From a virus (lineage: Duplodnaviria > Heunggongvirae > Uroviricota > Caudoviricetes): a stretch of DNA of 46,192 nucleotides. Positions 34,401 to 43,221 of the stretch are shown here, in pieces. The notes under the pieces were generated by a model, which was not told where the DNA came from, did no database searches, and was given only the letters and a program-made list of their open reading frames with translations. The stretch spans positions 1 through 46,192 of the IMG/VR virus record IMGVR_UViG_2864804954_000001, one strand, 5' to 3'. The translations under genes and the position numbers were made by a program. The number at the start of each line of letters is the position of its first letter. The stretch's first letter is position 1.

Positions 34401-35265
34401 GAGTTTTAGGATCGTAGTTCGACGGCACTTTAACAAGTAAACCATCCACAAGGTACGAACGTGTTGGCACGCTAGAGAATTGCTCAGCGTTAAAGTTGAT
34501 ACCAACGATTGCTGAGTTTGGATAAGTCAGACGTGAGCCGACAGCAACAGAGTAGCTGTCCACATAGAGGTCATTCTGAACTGAGGTTGAGCTTGAGTCA
34601 GGACTTGTACGCGCAACACGAATCGTCCACGAAGTAACCTTTTTACCTGTGGATGTAGTTTTCGGAAGAATGTGGCTGTATTCACGTTGGAAGCGCGAAC
34701 GCGTCTTACCTTTAATCTGACCGATGCCCAGTTCTTCAAATGGGCCTGAGTTCAGCGACAACGCAAAAGAGAAGCGCACAGCAGAGCCGTTGATATTCCC
34801 TTTCTTATCCGTGCTGATCAGCGCAGGAGTCGCAACAACAACGCGCACCTGACTTGCATTTGGGTCGGTAATGGTAAAAGTGAGCGGTGTTGCATTCTTA
34901 ACAAGCTGATTAAGCGACTGTGTAAACTCGGCATTATCAAAGCCTTCGCCTAACGAATCTTGAGTTTGGGAACCTGTAAGAATAGCCCAAGTCACGTTGT
35001 CAAAATTATATTGACCAGTCTTGCTCACTAAAGGCGTGTCATTCAAAAAGATTGATGACGGGCTACCGTCAACCAAGCCGCCAATTTGACCTTCACCTAA
35101 AAGATCAAGAATGGACATATACGCCTTTGATTCAAGCGTATCGTCAGCCTCACTGCCGCCACTTGATTCGCCACCGCCGCTGCTTCCTGCACCTGCAATG
35201 ACTTTTGATCGATGATGTTTTGCTAAGGCAACATTAATAGTTGTCAGGCGATGTACTGCTTCCAT
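25432..35265 (-). CDS. Giant central tail fibre / host-specificity protein (gpJ-like, ~3,277 aa)
   Basis: N-terminal LDLLGEGQIGGL and TDNPAWILYD, REPRFSIN, GCTSRGQAHRIGKWLL are gpJ motifs; fibronectin-like region, long coiled-coil repeats with globular inserts, C-terminal LRVRIGVW. ATG at 35265 has an AAGGA RBS. Confidence 0.92.
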   Translation of the reverse strand: MEAVHRLTTINVALAKHHRSKVIAGAGSSGGGESSGGSEADDTLESKAYMSILDLLGEGQIGGLVDGSPSSIFLNDTPLVSKTGQYNFDNVTWAILTGSQTQDSLGEGFDNAEFTQSLNQLVKNATPLTFTITDPNASQVRVVVATPALISTDKKGNINGSAVRFSFALSLNSGPFEELGIGQIKGKTRSRFQREYSHILPKTTSTGKKVTSWTIRVARTSPDSSSTSVQNDLYVDSYSVAVGSRLTYPNSAIVGINFNAEQFSSVPTRSYLVDGLLVKVPSNYDPKTRVYTGVWDGTFKLAVTDNPAWILYDVITNARYGLGSFIDPSLANPARLYVIGRYCDEMVDDGFGGREPRFSINTCINSRADAYQLISDISSAFNGMTYWTGGLLGYMADMPTEVSMVYSAANVIDGMFNYAGAARKDMHSVVLVTWNDPARNYQTSVEYVEDQELVERFGVRKAEITSFGCTSRGQAHRIGKWLLYTERYQSKTISFNVGIDSSFVLPGDVIQIVDADRAGSRLGGRLKKVAADFAVLDAPIDAALIKANTTISMRLPDGKFTERLIASVGVNVDTDEQVIYWETPLTKLPLANAMWVISSPELEPQTARIVSVGQGENAGEFSITAIPHNINKFGHIESDLILETPNTSLVSPSVIVPTASVTVVQEARIDQGITVRDMSISWEQVANAVSYEVKYRKGEGNWLTLPTVKGLSVDVQNIYQGEYQAQVVAVSSTGSKSRVAYSDMVLLDGQASTLPKLSSFTAKAAQFGIELDWLYGAGTVGVSHTEVHSSLDGKTFTLLGTYPDPLQHHAIGGLYVASKHWFKARIADKYGNFGEWSNVVSASPDVSPDKVLDVLSDSIGPSQLENSVNEKLQDAFDTSKQAVTDAKVAHQAVKDEVLARTTAMENEATLRSNEISSQINSQANITSDNIAKAVAAEATARANAIAVESSARATALQTEATSRANAIAAEATARANAIQAEIAARTAVNDAVVKEVKDRAAAIAAEAKARGDALAAEVTARTTAISKEVTDRQAAITKEVTDRNAAITAKANEINTDVAAKVKTLNDGITKEITDRQAGDTAVVGQLNAYKTSNDTAVAAVLEKAETAISNDAATASKVVGLQSSLNTTNSNVAKKADATALTALETKVTQQGSDLTSKTGQITELAASIDNINLRGQDLVSNGLGQLQSNKFWQGAEFTATDKPSGAGSFVLGPGKTNIVGSELIAVDPTRIYRLSYALRQLTPGVVARAYGMFVPCDVDKNQISPQHYMAQTGTLTRLAQPLKKGDTTMTLEDASKWNNTAPATSTHLLSAIFWNYTDKTGYTWPPNTYSRNYFGNLYTAGSINGNVITLKAPWAGAEISAGTEVSNGSSGGTYMYIGLKGGTVPDGWTTYSGDVSGSHLSGTPLSATDKLPMMTAYVRVGFLVNRQASGANDPASAMAFGAVSLRDWSVASDESLAKTVALNATNTEVSRINGVVTTHGTLIAKLQSDLSATDSKAGTAVTNAATAQQTANTAVTATGANASRITELDSSFKSYKTANDAALVQTNAKVSSVEKTSTDADKALGIRIDTVVATAKTDKTDVTALVTAETSARTSADTALSSRIDTLTTSTNTELGKTNAAVTAEQKARSDADTALGSRIDTVTANAATDKSTLQTAITTEQTARTTADTALGQRVDAVIATAKTDKADVTALVTAETTARTTADTALGQRIDTLTTTVSNNDTAVKGQIQDVAKSVTTLEGSTNTKFSSLESQLSNTNKEVGVVKTAAAKAQTTADTAVSNTAAVAGRTSTLEGKMTAVEGNVAKKLDATAINNYYTKAQSDASATTIAAGEVSKYDAKLTIGGSNLYFGPNPVVLRSQTSEGRIVFPAVESGNTQRFNYLTNDNLDLSGLQIGDPTIASIEIFVPSTDTSDYTIQFGTYRFSGSSYVYAPTVDVKTLPKDTWVKLTTAPGTYTSGQPATGINLVFNLVGRKTAGDEIQWRNFMMEKATTASSFAESDKATQAKLDANSTAIDATNTEVNRVNGEVVAQGSKISTLESSLSAVDTKAGTAVNNAATAQSTANTGVTKADAAASATNTLKAAYEAKVANLDAADKTNADAIVKTNTDLTNAQTALSNADTALGNRIDSITTTVQNNDTAVKGQIKDVADSVTTLTGNTNTRFTSLESGLNTANTNIGKKADAAALTALTTRVTNAEGVNTSQGTSITSLTNDLATTTTNAGKALSAVEVKDTRSTNELPSWYWTNHAKRIVNEFKSASVIGVTGLGAYVNLETRVYYGDASGGPILQTAIGVSNPLLQMVRRSSGSGTAAVWSAWEQPLKTMNDTINTKASTAALTTLDSKVTSIDGRVTANANSITTLRADLTETNELLNTTKTAAATAQDTANSAVTANSAVAGRVSTLEAGLDAVEADVATKASANALNALDTKVTQVDGKVSSNASAITTLQGRATTIEGNVAKKADATALNNYYTKTQSDASATTIAAGKVSEFSAALQVGSTNLYLKSKEFAGTEWSIGSTSIDTAQIYKSLVVRKSTGQWNGAKQIFPVGAFPIGTKLTLSFYAKADVTNQPLGVYCNGTSYAIMAGSTNNQVKLTTEWKRYSATATVTSDTVALHMRPENPLTTGTIYLCGLKMEIGSVPTEWSPAPEDTLTALAEKQTAIDANSTAINATNTEVSRVNGVVVAQGSSIAKLQSDLTAVDAKTNTAISNAATAQTTANTAVTNNAATASRVDTLTTTVTNNNTTVTGKIKDVADSVTTLSSNTNTKLSQLESGLNVANRAISTKAEQSSLNSTNSTLNTLSGKVETQAQSINTLTSKTTTMANDISNAELLARAMSSGKLVYGDPTFKTGANGVSAYNNANNGNVTVARVAKQAKNPTSSDFEMRITSTGAGNPGLGGFFQNLAARASAVFLIKYIICLPVGYTLVPASNSVGTGGTTSFIGNVDGTGKYETYYRLIKCGETGSFSSTGHVYVNGPTPTAAAPLNWYLASIEVYDTTDFDDMTPQLRTTVAEVQSKVNTLTTNTGATAEKVESMSAYFDAGETVDDSNLTADGGTNGAVRWTYHSMIVEGDMANAKAVDNMKAEMDGTLAEWGQVINSEVKDGMSALSEQVNHVSTSLGDQTTRIDTVMASVNGIYGKYTVTIDNNGVLSNFQLVSERGENQEVVSTFGVNANNFYIGSPATGKRPFIVTTEPREINGITYPPGTWIDSAYIAEASIKMAHIDKASITSLSAVSATIGTLRTATTGARTEISDNLIKVYDENNVLRVRIGVWDDQDF

Positions 35266-35851
35266 GCAAGTAGTCCTTAATTCCTTTTGGTTTTGTGTTG
35301 TACGGTGATAGGTCATTTACTGAGGTGCGTACGGAAATTGGCGCAGAACCAACTCGACAGCGACCATAGATCAGCGGAACAGGGTCGCCTTGAGAGACGG
35401 TGTTCGCCACACCCTGAAAGTAGTGAGAGGTCTTGGTTGAGCCTGTCTTTACCTTTGGCGCAAGCAATTCACTGACGCCACTAAGCGCCAAAGCCATACC
35501 TGCTTGGAATGCCACTGGCCCTAACCAAATGGATGCGACCATTAGCACTACGCCACCGATGATCTTGCCTGCCTTCCCTGAGCCTTCCACAACTGGCGTG
35601 AATCGCAATTCTTTGACGTTGTGTGCCGTAAGCAGCGTGTCTTGGGTAAGGTACTCTTTTTGTCCGTTCTTAAAGACCGCAAGCACCTTGTAGGTGCTGT
35701 ACTTCTTTAAGTTATTTCGCATCCATGCAAACACCTTTCCTGTGTTTGCTTCGATGAGGGCTAAAGCTTCGCGAGGGGTGGAAATGGATAACTTCCACTC
35801 CCGCCCAAGCTCTTTACCCATTGGTCCCTGTAGGTAAACATTAACTAGCAT
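35234..35851 (-). CDS. Tail assembly protein I (gpI-like)
   Basis: Ubiquitin-like N-terminus, FTPVVEGSG, hydrophobic segment, NTVSQGDPVPLIYGR. Confidence 0.88.
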   Translation of the reverse strand: MLVNVYLQGPMGKELGREWKLSISTPREALALIEANTGKVFAWMRNNLKKYSTYKVLAVFKNGQKEYLTQDTLLTAHNVKELRFTPVVEGSGKAGKIIGGVVLMVASIWLGPVAFQAGMALALSGVSELLAPKVKTGSTKTSHYFQGVANTVSQGDPVPLIYGRCRVGSAPISVRTSVNDLSPYNTKPKGIKDYLHGSSTSPDNY

Positions 35852-36591
35852 TTACTTTCATGCCTTAAGTGTCGAATGGTGTGCTTTGTCCAGTAGCCAC
35901 CATAAATGTCAATTTGAGATAGTCGTCCTTGTACGTGATGCAGAATTTTGTCATCACCCACGTAGACGGCTACGTGACTAGCTTTGCCAGTTGCGTCGGT
36001 TTGAAACATAAAGACGTCGCCGTCCTTTGGTTCGCCCTGAACTTCAATCAAGCCCTCATTGCTGAAGCAAGAATCGAAGAAATCTGAGCCATCTTTGCGC
36101 CAAAACCCATCGATACGCGGATAGTCATTACTCATCCGTATACCGTGGGTTCGCTCAAGGTAATCAACAACCAAAGTCCAACAGTCGAATGTTCCGAAGA
36201 TGTATGGGCGACCTACGAATGGCGCTTTATAACCTGACGGCTCAAATACCACCATTGGTGAGTATTCAAAGCAGTCTGTGCGCTTGTAGACGTTCAGCAA
36301 AAGCCAAGTCACGCCACTTGCTTCACAGCCTGCCAAGTCTGCTTCTGTTGGCTCGATGTTTCCGTTTGTGTGGGTGTGCCACACGGCGAGAATCTCTCCC
36401 TGTTCTTCGGCTTCGATGTAAGCTTCAGGGTTAATTAGGAAAAATTCACGCGGGTTTGCTGCTTCGTTTTTCACTTCAATCGCAACGGATTTCTTTCCTT
36501 TGGAAATGATGAAGCCGCAAGCTTCGTTTGGATAACTTGCGGCGCCTGCATTACGAATGAAAGCTTCTACTTCACGGTTATTGATTGCCAC
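35845..36591 (-). CDS. Tail assembly protein K (JAB/MPN + NlpC/P60)
   Basis: YPNEACG...WHTHT...EADL (JAB) and GRPYIFGTFDCW...HVAVYVGD..ILHH (NlpC/P60). GTG at 36591 has a GGAG RBS. Confidence 0.9.
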   Translation of the reverse strand: MAINNREVEAFIRNAGAASYPNEACGFIISKGKKSVAIEVKNEAANPREFFLINPEAYIEAEEQGEILAVWHTHTNGNIEPTEADLAGCEASGVTWLLLNVYKRTDCFEYSPMVVFEPSGYKAPFVGRPYIFGTFDCWTLVVDYLERTHGIRMSNDYPRIDGFWRKDGSDFFDSCFSNEGLIEVQGEPKDGDVFMFQTDATGKASHVAVYVGDDKILHHVQGRLSQIDIYGGYWTKHTIRHLRHESKC

Positions 36592-37282
36592 GATCTGCTC
36601 CAGGGAATCCGCCATAGGTCAAATCAGCATCAACGCCTTGTCGTGCAGTGCATGAACTTAAGCGCTTAGGACAACAGTCTTTGTTGATGTCCGTGGTTGG
36701 TTGGTCGTTGAGGTCATAGAAGCCGCCCGTGTAACCACATTCAGAACTTCTATAACGCCAAGGGCATGTGTTCTTAATGATCTGACGGTAAGGCAACTGA
36801 ATGCCATCTAAGTCAAATGCTGATGCCAACTCCCATTCAACGGTGTTGCGGTTTTCAGCAGTCTTGCGATCAACAAACCACAGCTGATCAGGAAGGTATT
36901 GGTCGGGATTCGCTTCGGGGTTTCCGCCGATGAAGTTCACTTCATCCAAGTAGCGAGCAAATGTCTGCTTGCGAGTTACTTTGGCGTTAATGAGATCGTC
37001 CATTTCGACGGCCATTGCTGAGAACAAACCTCCAATATTCGCTACGCGAATTTTTGGACGAGGAAGCGTTCCTTGCGCTGTGATGTCGAAGCCTTCCGCT
37101 TCAATTGGAATTGCTTGATAAGTTTCACCTTGCCAAACAATGTCTTTGTAGCCTTGCGCTGTTCCTGAGTGAAAGCGCATCAGTGTTCCCTTTTCAATGT
37201 GACTGGTATCAATGACAAACATTTCTACCAATGCAGTCGGGGACAATGATTGCACCTCCGACTGAATAGGAATTTTCTCCAT
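36578..37282 (-). CDS. Minor tail protein L (gpL-like)
   Basis: WQGETYQAIPIEAEGF, PRPKIRVANI, C-terminal CPWRYRSSECGY...CPKRLSSC...YGGFPG Cys cluster. Confidence 0.92.
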   Translation of the reverse strand: MEKIPIQSEVQSLSPTALVEMFVIDTSHIEKGTLMRFHSGTAQGYKDIVWQGETYQAIPIEAEGFDITAQGTLPRPKIRVANIGGLFSAMAVEMDDLINAKVTRKQTFARYLDEVNFIGGNPEANPDQYLPDQLWFVDRKTAENRNTVEWELASAFDLDGIQLPYRQIIKNTCPWRYRSSECGYTGGFYDLNDQPTTDINKDCCPKRLSSCTARQGVDADLTYGGFPGADRGNQ

Positions 37283-37620
37283 TAACTCCCTCTTTCAAAC
37301 ACTTGCTCGAATGCGCCTGTAATCTCAAACACACCGAAATTCTTTTGCCGACTTTTCCATGATCGACAAACGTAAATGCCCTCCTCTCCCTCGGGGTCTA
37401 CCCAAGCAAACGCTTTTGAAGCGCCTTGTTTCTTGAGAAAATTACGAATCTCCTTATGTCTAAGGAGCGGTGAGGTAAAGCTGACTGACCACTTTGAGGG
37501 CTGATCATTGATGCCAACAGGAAGTCGGCTCTCGTACCCATCTCCGAACTTAGTTACCTTAACGAGAGGAGCTTCCTCTCGTTCGGCACCCAAGTCGGGA
37601 GACCATTGGAATTTATCCAT
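37282..37620 (-). CDS. Minor tail protein M (gpM-like)
   Basis: FQWSPD...KFGDGYESR..GIN...FAWVDP...FEQVF; ATG at 37620. Confidence 0.88.
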   Translation of the reverse strand: MDKFQWSPDLGAEREEAPLVKVTKFGDGYESRLPVGINDQPSKWSVSFTSPLLRHKEIRNFLKKQGASKAFAWVDPEGEEGIYVCRSWKSRQKNFGVFEITGAFEQVFERGS

Positions 37621-37624
37621 AATA

Positions 37625-37640
37625 TAGTCACCCATGACTT
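37625..37640. promoter_or_regulatory. Palindromic motif copy (TAGTCA-CCCA-TGACTT)
   Basis: In the short gap between the tape measure and gpM genes. Confidence 0.75.
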
Positions 37641-37656
37641 ACTTTTCAAGGGGAAA

Positions 37657-40600
37657 TTAATGAAGCATTCCGCCTGGGCGTTTTTGCTTCACAATTTCCT
37701 CTTGAACGACTGATTTAACGCGATCTGACATGGCCTTCCAATCTGAATTGGTATTGCCACTCTCGCTCTCGGTTGAAGTTGAACCGTTGTTGTTCACTTC
37801 GATGTTGATGCTTACCACCGTTCCACCTGTGTTTCCTGCAGCTGCTCCGCCAGTGCTTCCGTTGACAGCGACGCCAAGACGCCCTGAGCTATCACGCTGA
37901 AGTGGCATTACTGCTTCGGGGCCTGCTTCGCCCATTACACCTTGACTGAACCCACCACCGTTCGCGAACTTGAATAGCGTTGGGGAGTTGTACAGACCGT
38001 TTGTAAACGCGCCACCGTTCGCAAACTTGTGCATGTGACCCGAACCATCAAAGGCGTTGCCATTCGCACTAAACAGAGCGCTGATGCCATTAACTGCCGC
38101 ACCTACATAGCCACCAGTTGCGTAACCTTGCATTGCTGCGCCAGCTGCACCGACCAGGCGACCGCCTGTTGAGCCTTTGCCGCCAAAAGCACTACTTAAC
38201 ACCGTACCGATGCCTGAGAAGATTGAACCGAAGTTATTACCAATCTTGCTCATGAGGCCGCCTGATGATGAAAATAGGTTTGTGAACCCATTTTTAATCG
38301 ACGTGAACATATCGGAGAAGTAACCGCCTGTTCCTGCAGCTGTAGCTTCATTTGGGTCTACAGCTACACGATCTTCCATCGGAATGATGTCTGTGCCTGC
38401 GGGCGCTTGATCTGACGGAAGTGCAACGGGGGTGTTTTTAAAACCTCTATCAATGGCCCATTGTTGGAACGCCATTGTTAGCTGTTGAATGGCTGAGGTG
38501 TTTGCGTTGGTTGCCTGATCGCCTGTTAGGTTTGCGACATCCGTACCGCTTTCACCGCCGAAGAACTTACCGAGGAAGCCTTGTGCTGCGCCGAAGATTT
38601 TAGAAACTACACCGCCATCTTCACCGCTCGTCTTGCTGTTGATGTATCGGCCAATCCAACCGTCGTTTGATTGCTGTTTGCCAGTAGCGAAGTTTCTAAC
38701 CATGTCGATGACATTGGTGTTTTCACCTTCGCCCATGAGCATTTTTGACGCATTGCCCCAAGCGGACTTGAACAAGTTAGAGCCAATGTCTTTGCTCATG
38801 CTGCCAAAGTATTCGCCAAGGTCTAGCTTCTTGTCGCCAGTGATGACATCCCAAAGGTCTGTAGCTGCTCGTTCGCCGTAAGATGAGAGCGTTCCGCTCA
38901 CATTCGATTCGAGGTCGCGCCATGTGGCCATTGTTTGGTCATAAGCGGAGCGTGTATTCTCTACGCGGAGCTTGTTTTGATTTTCAAGATAGGTTGTGAA
39001 CTCGCTCTCAATGCCTTTCTTGACGTTTACAAGGTCTTTGTAAAGACTGCTATCTTCGCCGTACATTGCTTTAGTTGCCGCAATTTGGGCATCTAAGGAA
39101 TCTTTAACGGCAAGAACTTTCTTGGTTTCAGTTTCGTAGCGGCGCTTCTCTGCTTCGCGGGTGGCCTGAACGTCATTTTCAAGGAATTGCTCATGCAGCT
39201 CCTTGTTTTTGTCGCGCAAGTCTTTACCCATTTCGGCAAAGTTTGTACCCGCAATTCGCGCTAAAGCTTCACCTTTGAACTTTTGATACGCTGGGTTTTG
39301 CGTAGCTGTGGAGTTCTTCGCTTCAAATTTGGCAAAATCCCGTTGAGCTTTTGCTGTATCTGATGGCGTGTTGGTGTCGTTATTCCACTCCTCAACAGCA
39401 TTTTCAAAGTTGGAACTCGCTTCTCCAATCTTTCCTGCCGCGTACTCAAGAGCCTTTTGAATGCCGTCGTTGAGTTGGTTCTTCTCAGAAAGTGCTACCC
39501 AATCCTTAACTTTCTGATCATTCCAATTGATGTCGTTCTCAGTCCACTTTTTATCTTTGGACCAAGCGCGGTTGGCAAATGGACGTGCTGATGGATCGCG
39601 ACCGTCATCTAACTTGCCTTGCATCCACTCTTTGGCGAACGCTTGTCGAGCAAGCCAGTTGTAGTCTTTTGGAATGCCTTGTAACTCAGCGAGGCGCGCT
39701 ACGTCCTTAGCTGACTCACCTTTCAGGTTGGCCAAGCTCACATCGTAAGCATTTTGAGGAATAAACTCTTTACGATCAGGCTTCTTGTTTGCCGCATTCA
39801 TGCCAGGAGGGAGACCGTTGCCTGGCAAGCCTGCGCCTGGAGTCGGGTTAAACTCCTTCATATCCGCCGTGTGTTCGGCTTCTACTTTAGGCGTCGGTTT
39901 AGGGGCAGGCTTATTGCGCGCCTTTTCAGTGGCAACAGTTTCAGAGTCAAGCGCAGCAAGGATGCTGTTATTCATCTGACTGAGAGCATTTCCGCTTTCT
40001 GTTCCTAGTCTGCCGCTTTTTGGCAGCGTAAAAGGCATCACGCCGTTGCCATCGTACTTTTTGAGGCGCTCGCTATTTTCACGCGCCATTTCAGGGGTGA
40101 TGTGATACGTCACGCCATCAATGGTGAACTTGCCGTTCTTTCCAGAGTTAGCGATTTTCTCAAGATCGCCACCAAATCGTTTAGCTAACGCGTTCTTAGC
40201 ATCGCCATCGGTACGGTTTCTAAGGTCTGCATTCTGTTGGCTGATCTGTCCACGGGTTTCGGCGATTTCTCGACGCACCTGTTCGTTTTGAGCGCCAAAT
40301 ACACCTAAGAAGTCTTGCCACGCACTGCGCATGTTGAGGATTAAGTTATCCCAACCTGTGAAAATGTCGTTAAACAAATTCTGCATGTGCTGATTGATGG
40401 TGATACCGCCAACCTGAATGTCACCAATCCACTTGCCAATAGCCCAACCGAACATAGCTGCAAGCGTGAGCCATCCCGCCCAATTGAGTAACGTACCCAA
40501 TACGCGGAAAATTGAACCTACACCAACCTTGACGCCTGCAGCTGCCCTGTTTGCTCCTGAAGTTACGTTCGAGTCAATTGCATCGCCTGCCGCCTTGCTC

Positions 40601-43206
40601 GCCTGTGCGGCTTTGCCTGCCATGTCTCCAACGGCATCGCCTGTGGATTTTGCCTTACTTGACGTCCCAAGAAATGCAGCCTGCAAGGTTGCTAACATGC
40701 CTTGTGCGACTTTGGCGCCCTTGTCGGTGCTAAGCAGCGTTTTTGCAAACAAGCCCACAACACCTGTAGTGGCCGCGACAGCAACTTTAAAACCTAAGAA
40801 GCCTAATGCGAGAGAGGCGATTGTTGGATTTGCTGTGGCGAATCCTGCTAACCCTTTCAAAATCTCAGTTAAAGCTTTTGGGATTTCGGTCAACGTGCGA
40901 AGTAAAGGCTCAAAGGCAACTGCTAAATTGGCCGCTTGCGCCTTTAGCTCGATGATCGTTTGATTCCAGTTATCACTTAAGTCTTTAAGTAATTCTTCCT
41001 GACCTTTAGAGTTCTTGGCGGTTGCAACAGAGTGGTTGGCACGCTCAGCATACGATTGGTTCATCAACGTCATCATGCCTGTGACGTTGTTGTTCGACAT
41101 GCCTGTAGGCGCTAAGAAGCGAAGCATGGCGGCATTTTCAATGTTTGCCTGCTGACGCTTGTCCACCACCTTGCCGTCAGCGTCAATCATTTGACCTTTT
41201 TTGTCGTATGAATGCTTGCGTGCGTCTTTGCCGAAATACTCTTTAAAGTTCGCTTCGCGCATCATAAAGTCCATGATACCGCCGCGAATGGCTTGCATTG
41301 CACCTACTGGGTCGGATGCGATTTGCCCTTGGTTTTTAAAGCCTGCAGTCATGAGCGCTCGGCTCATTACTTTGTTGTGCTTTTCACCTTGCTTGAAATC
41401 GTGCGCTGCACCGTCTTCGTAAATGTCATTCAGCGCACCTGCACCAACCAATCGCTGTGCCGCGATATTCGTAAGCTTACGACCCGACCCGAGCAACTGG
41501 AGCATTTTGATAAGCGTACCGACACGCGCTACACCACCGCCACCACCATTACCGCCACCTGACGTCTTGTTCTGCTCGATCAATGGTAAAAGCTTGAGCC
41601 AACCTTCGTCAGAGATCGTCATCACCCCTGAGCCAATGTTGTTCATCACGGTTTCCATATCGGCTACCGTAACCTTACCGCCTGATGCCACAACCATACG
41701 ACGCATAAGGTCGGATGTTTTAACTGCTTCGTTAGAGTAGTCAGCCGTCGCTAAGCCACGCTTTTCCACTGCCGCGTATAAGTTCTTAACAATGTCGGAC
41801 AGTTCCGCCTTGTCGTAACCTTTCGCCTTCAAAATAAAGGCATCACGCATCACGCTTTCAAGTGTGTTGTCGATGAACTTAGGGTCATTGTGGGCCAATG
41901 CTGAGATCGCATCGATTGAGCCTTGCAAAGCTTCTGTTTTAGACAGGAACTTGTTGTTGGCCGTTAGTCGATCTGTACGCTCCATGATTTGAGCGTTTTC
42001 TTCGTTGGTATAGTTATACGCACGAAGACGATCCATAACATCTTGGTACTCAGCGGCCTTTTTGACGCCTGCGCCTGTCGCTCCTGCAGCTGCCGCCCCT
42101 GTTGCAAAGGCAGCCATTTCTTTGTGCATCTGAAGTTCATCACGGCGCATTTGCATAATTTCTTTATGCGCTTGGCGCTGTGCCTGAAGAACATCTCGCT
42201 GTGCCTGTTTTTCCGCATCCGCTCTGACTTTCGCCTGAACTTTCGCGTCTGCCGAAGCTTGCTTGGTCAACTCTTTCTCTTGAGCTGCGGCCTTCTTCTT
42301 GGCTTCTTTTAGGCGTTCAGTTTCTTCGCGTTGTTCCTTTTGAACCTGTAGTGTTTGCTTGTTGGCATTCAGAAGCGCCTGTTCGCCTTGAATGGCTTTG
42401 TTAAGCTCTGAGTTGCGGAATCGCATTTCTCCAACAATGGCATCAATGTGCGCTTTCTGTTGGCGAATTTGATCGGCTTCTTGTTTATAGGCGCTGATCT
42501 CAGCCATCAATTCGCTATGACGACCTGAGTTCTTACCTACATAACGACGAACCTCTGTTCCATCAGCCCGAGTTTTGTATGCGTCAGCACGCGCAAATGC
42601 CGCACGTGTTTCAGCACGACGTTCCAACTGCTCAAGTTGGGATGTCATGTTCTTACGAACTTTGATACGCTCGTCGTTGATCTTGCGTTCTTCGCTCAGT
42701 GCGCGAATACGATCTTGAATGCCTGATTGAATCGCACGAACTTCCGCCTTAGTCGAACTCTCTGTGACTGAGGAAAGTTGCTTGTGTGATTTGGTAATCT
42801 CCTGCATTTTCGGACGCAAGTCGTCGAGAGACTTTCCGTAAAACTTATTCCAGTCCGCCAATGAGGACATGGCTGCATCTGAACCTTTAGCCTGTTCGGA
42901 AAGTTCAGAAAGCTTTTGCTTGAAACGACTAGAGCCGTTACTCGCCTTCTCAATGCTCTTATGCGTGCGATCTAAACCGCCTGCGAGTCCATCAAGATTT
43001 TGAGTAACAGCTCCGAGTTTGTCTGACGCTTGTTTGGCATTGGTGCCCAAGTCACGCAAGTCTTTCTCTAGCTTGCCTGATTGATTGTCCAGTTTTGCCA
43101 ATTTAGCATCGAGCGAGTCCAGCTTTTTATCGACTTGGGCAAGCCCCGATGTAAAGTTACTGACGTCCAACGTCAGTTCGTTATTAATGTCGTTGCCACC
43201 TGCCAT
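37657..43206 (-). CDS. Tail tape measure protein (1,849 aa)
   Basis: N-terminal LTLDVSNFTSGL, long helical A/Q/K-rich body, C-terminal FANGGAF...GVMGEAGPEAVMPL...GRLGV. Confidence 0.92.
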   Translation of the reverse strand: MAGGNDINNELTLDVSNFTSGLAQVDKKLDSLDAKLAKLDNQSGKLEKDLRDLGTNAKQASDKLGAVTQNLDGLAGGLDRTHKSIEKASNGSSRFKQKLSELSEQAKGSDAAMSSLADWNKFYGKSLDDLRPKMQEITKSHKQLSSVTESSTKAEVRAIQSGIQDRIRALSEERKINDERIKVRKNMTSQLEQLERRAETRAAFARADAYKTRADGTEVRRYVGKNSGRHSELMAEISAYKQEADQIRQQKAHIDAIVGEMRFRNSELNKAIQGEQALLNANKQTLQVQKEQREETERLKEAKKKAAAQEKELTKQASADAKVQAKVRADAEKQAQRDVLQAQRQAHKEIMQMRRDELQMHKEMAAFATGAAAAGATGAGVKKAAEYQDVMDRLRAYNYTNEENAQIMERTDRLTANNKFLSKTEALQGSIDAISALAHNDPKFIDNTLESVMRDAFILKAKGYDKAELSDIVKNLYAAVEKRGLATADYSNEAVKTSDLMRRMVVASGGKVTVADMETVMNNIGSGVMTISDEGWLKLLPLIEQNKTSGGGNGGGGGVARVGTLIKMLQLLGSGRKLTNIAAQRLVGAGALNDIYEDGAAHDFKQGEKHNKVMSRALMTAGFKNQGQIASDPVGAMQAIRGGIMDFMMREANFKEYFGKDARKHSYDKKGQMIDADGKVVDKRQQANIENAAMLRFLAPTGMSNNNVTGMMTLMNQSYAERANHSVATAKNSKGQEELLKDLSDNWNQTIIELKAQAANLAVAFEPLLRTLTEIPKALTEILKGLAGFATANPTIASLALGFLGFKVAVAATTGVVGLFAKTLLSTDKGAKVAQGMLATLQAAFLGTSSKAKSTGDAVGDMAGKAAQASKAAGDAIDSNVTSGANRAAAGVKVGVGSIFRVLGTLLNWAGWLTLAAMFGWAIGKWIGDIQVGGITINQHMQNLFNDIFTGWDNLILNMRSAWQDFLGVFGAQNEQVRREIAETRGQISQQNADLRNRTDGDAKNALAKRFGGDLEKIANSGKNGKFTIDGVTYHITPEMARENSERLKKYDGNGVMPFTLPKSGRLGTESGNALSQMNNSILAALDSETVATEKARNKPAPKPTPKVEAEHTADMKEFNPTPGAGLPGNGLPPGMNAANKKPDRKEFIPQNAYDVSLANLKGESAKDVARLAELQGIPKDYNWLARQAFAKEWMQGKLDDGRDPSARPFANRAWSKDKKWTENDINWNDQKVKDWVALSEKNQLNDGIQKALEYAAGKIGEASSNFENAVEEWNNDTNTPSDTAKAQRDFAKFEAKNSTATQNPAYQKFKGEALARIAGTNFAEMGKDLRDKNKELHEQFLENDVQATREAEKRRYETETKKVLAVKDSLDAQIAATKAMYGEDSSLYKDLVNVKKGIESEFTTYLENQNKLRVENTRSAYDQTMATWRDLESNVSGTLSSYGERAATDLWDVITGDKKLDLGEYFGSMSKDIGSNLFKSAWGNASKMLMGEGENTNVIDMVRNFATGKQQSNDGWIGRYINSKTSGEDGGVVSKIFGAAQGFLGKFFGGESGTDVANLTGDQATNANTSAIQQLTMAFQQWAIDRGFKNTPVALPSDQAPAGTDIIPMEDRVAVDPNEATAAGTGGYFSDMFTSIKNGFTNLFSSSGGLMSKIGNNFGSIFSGIGTVLSSAFGGKGSTGGRLVGAAGAAMQGYATGGYVGAAVNGISALFSANGNAFDGSGHMHKFANGGAFTNGLYNSPTLFKFANGGGFSQGVMGEAGPEAVMPLQRDSSGRLGVAVNGSTGGAAAGNTGGTVVSINIEVNNNGSTSTESESGNTNSDWKAMSDRVKSVVQEEIVKQKRPGGMLH

Positions 43207-43221
43207 TTTTTAGCGTCCTTG

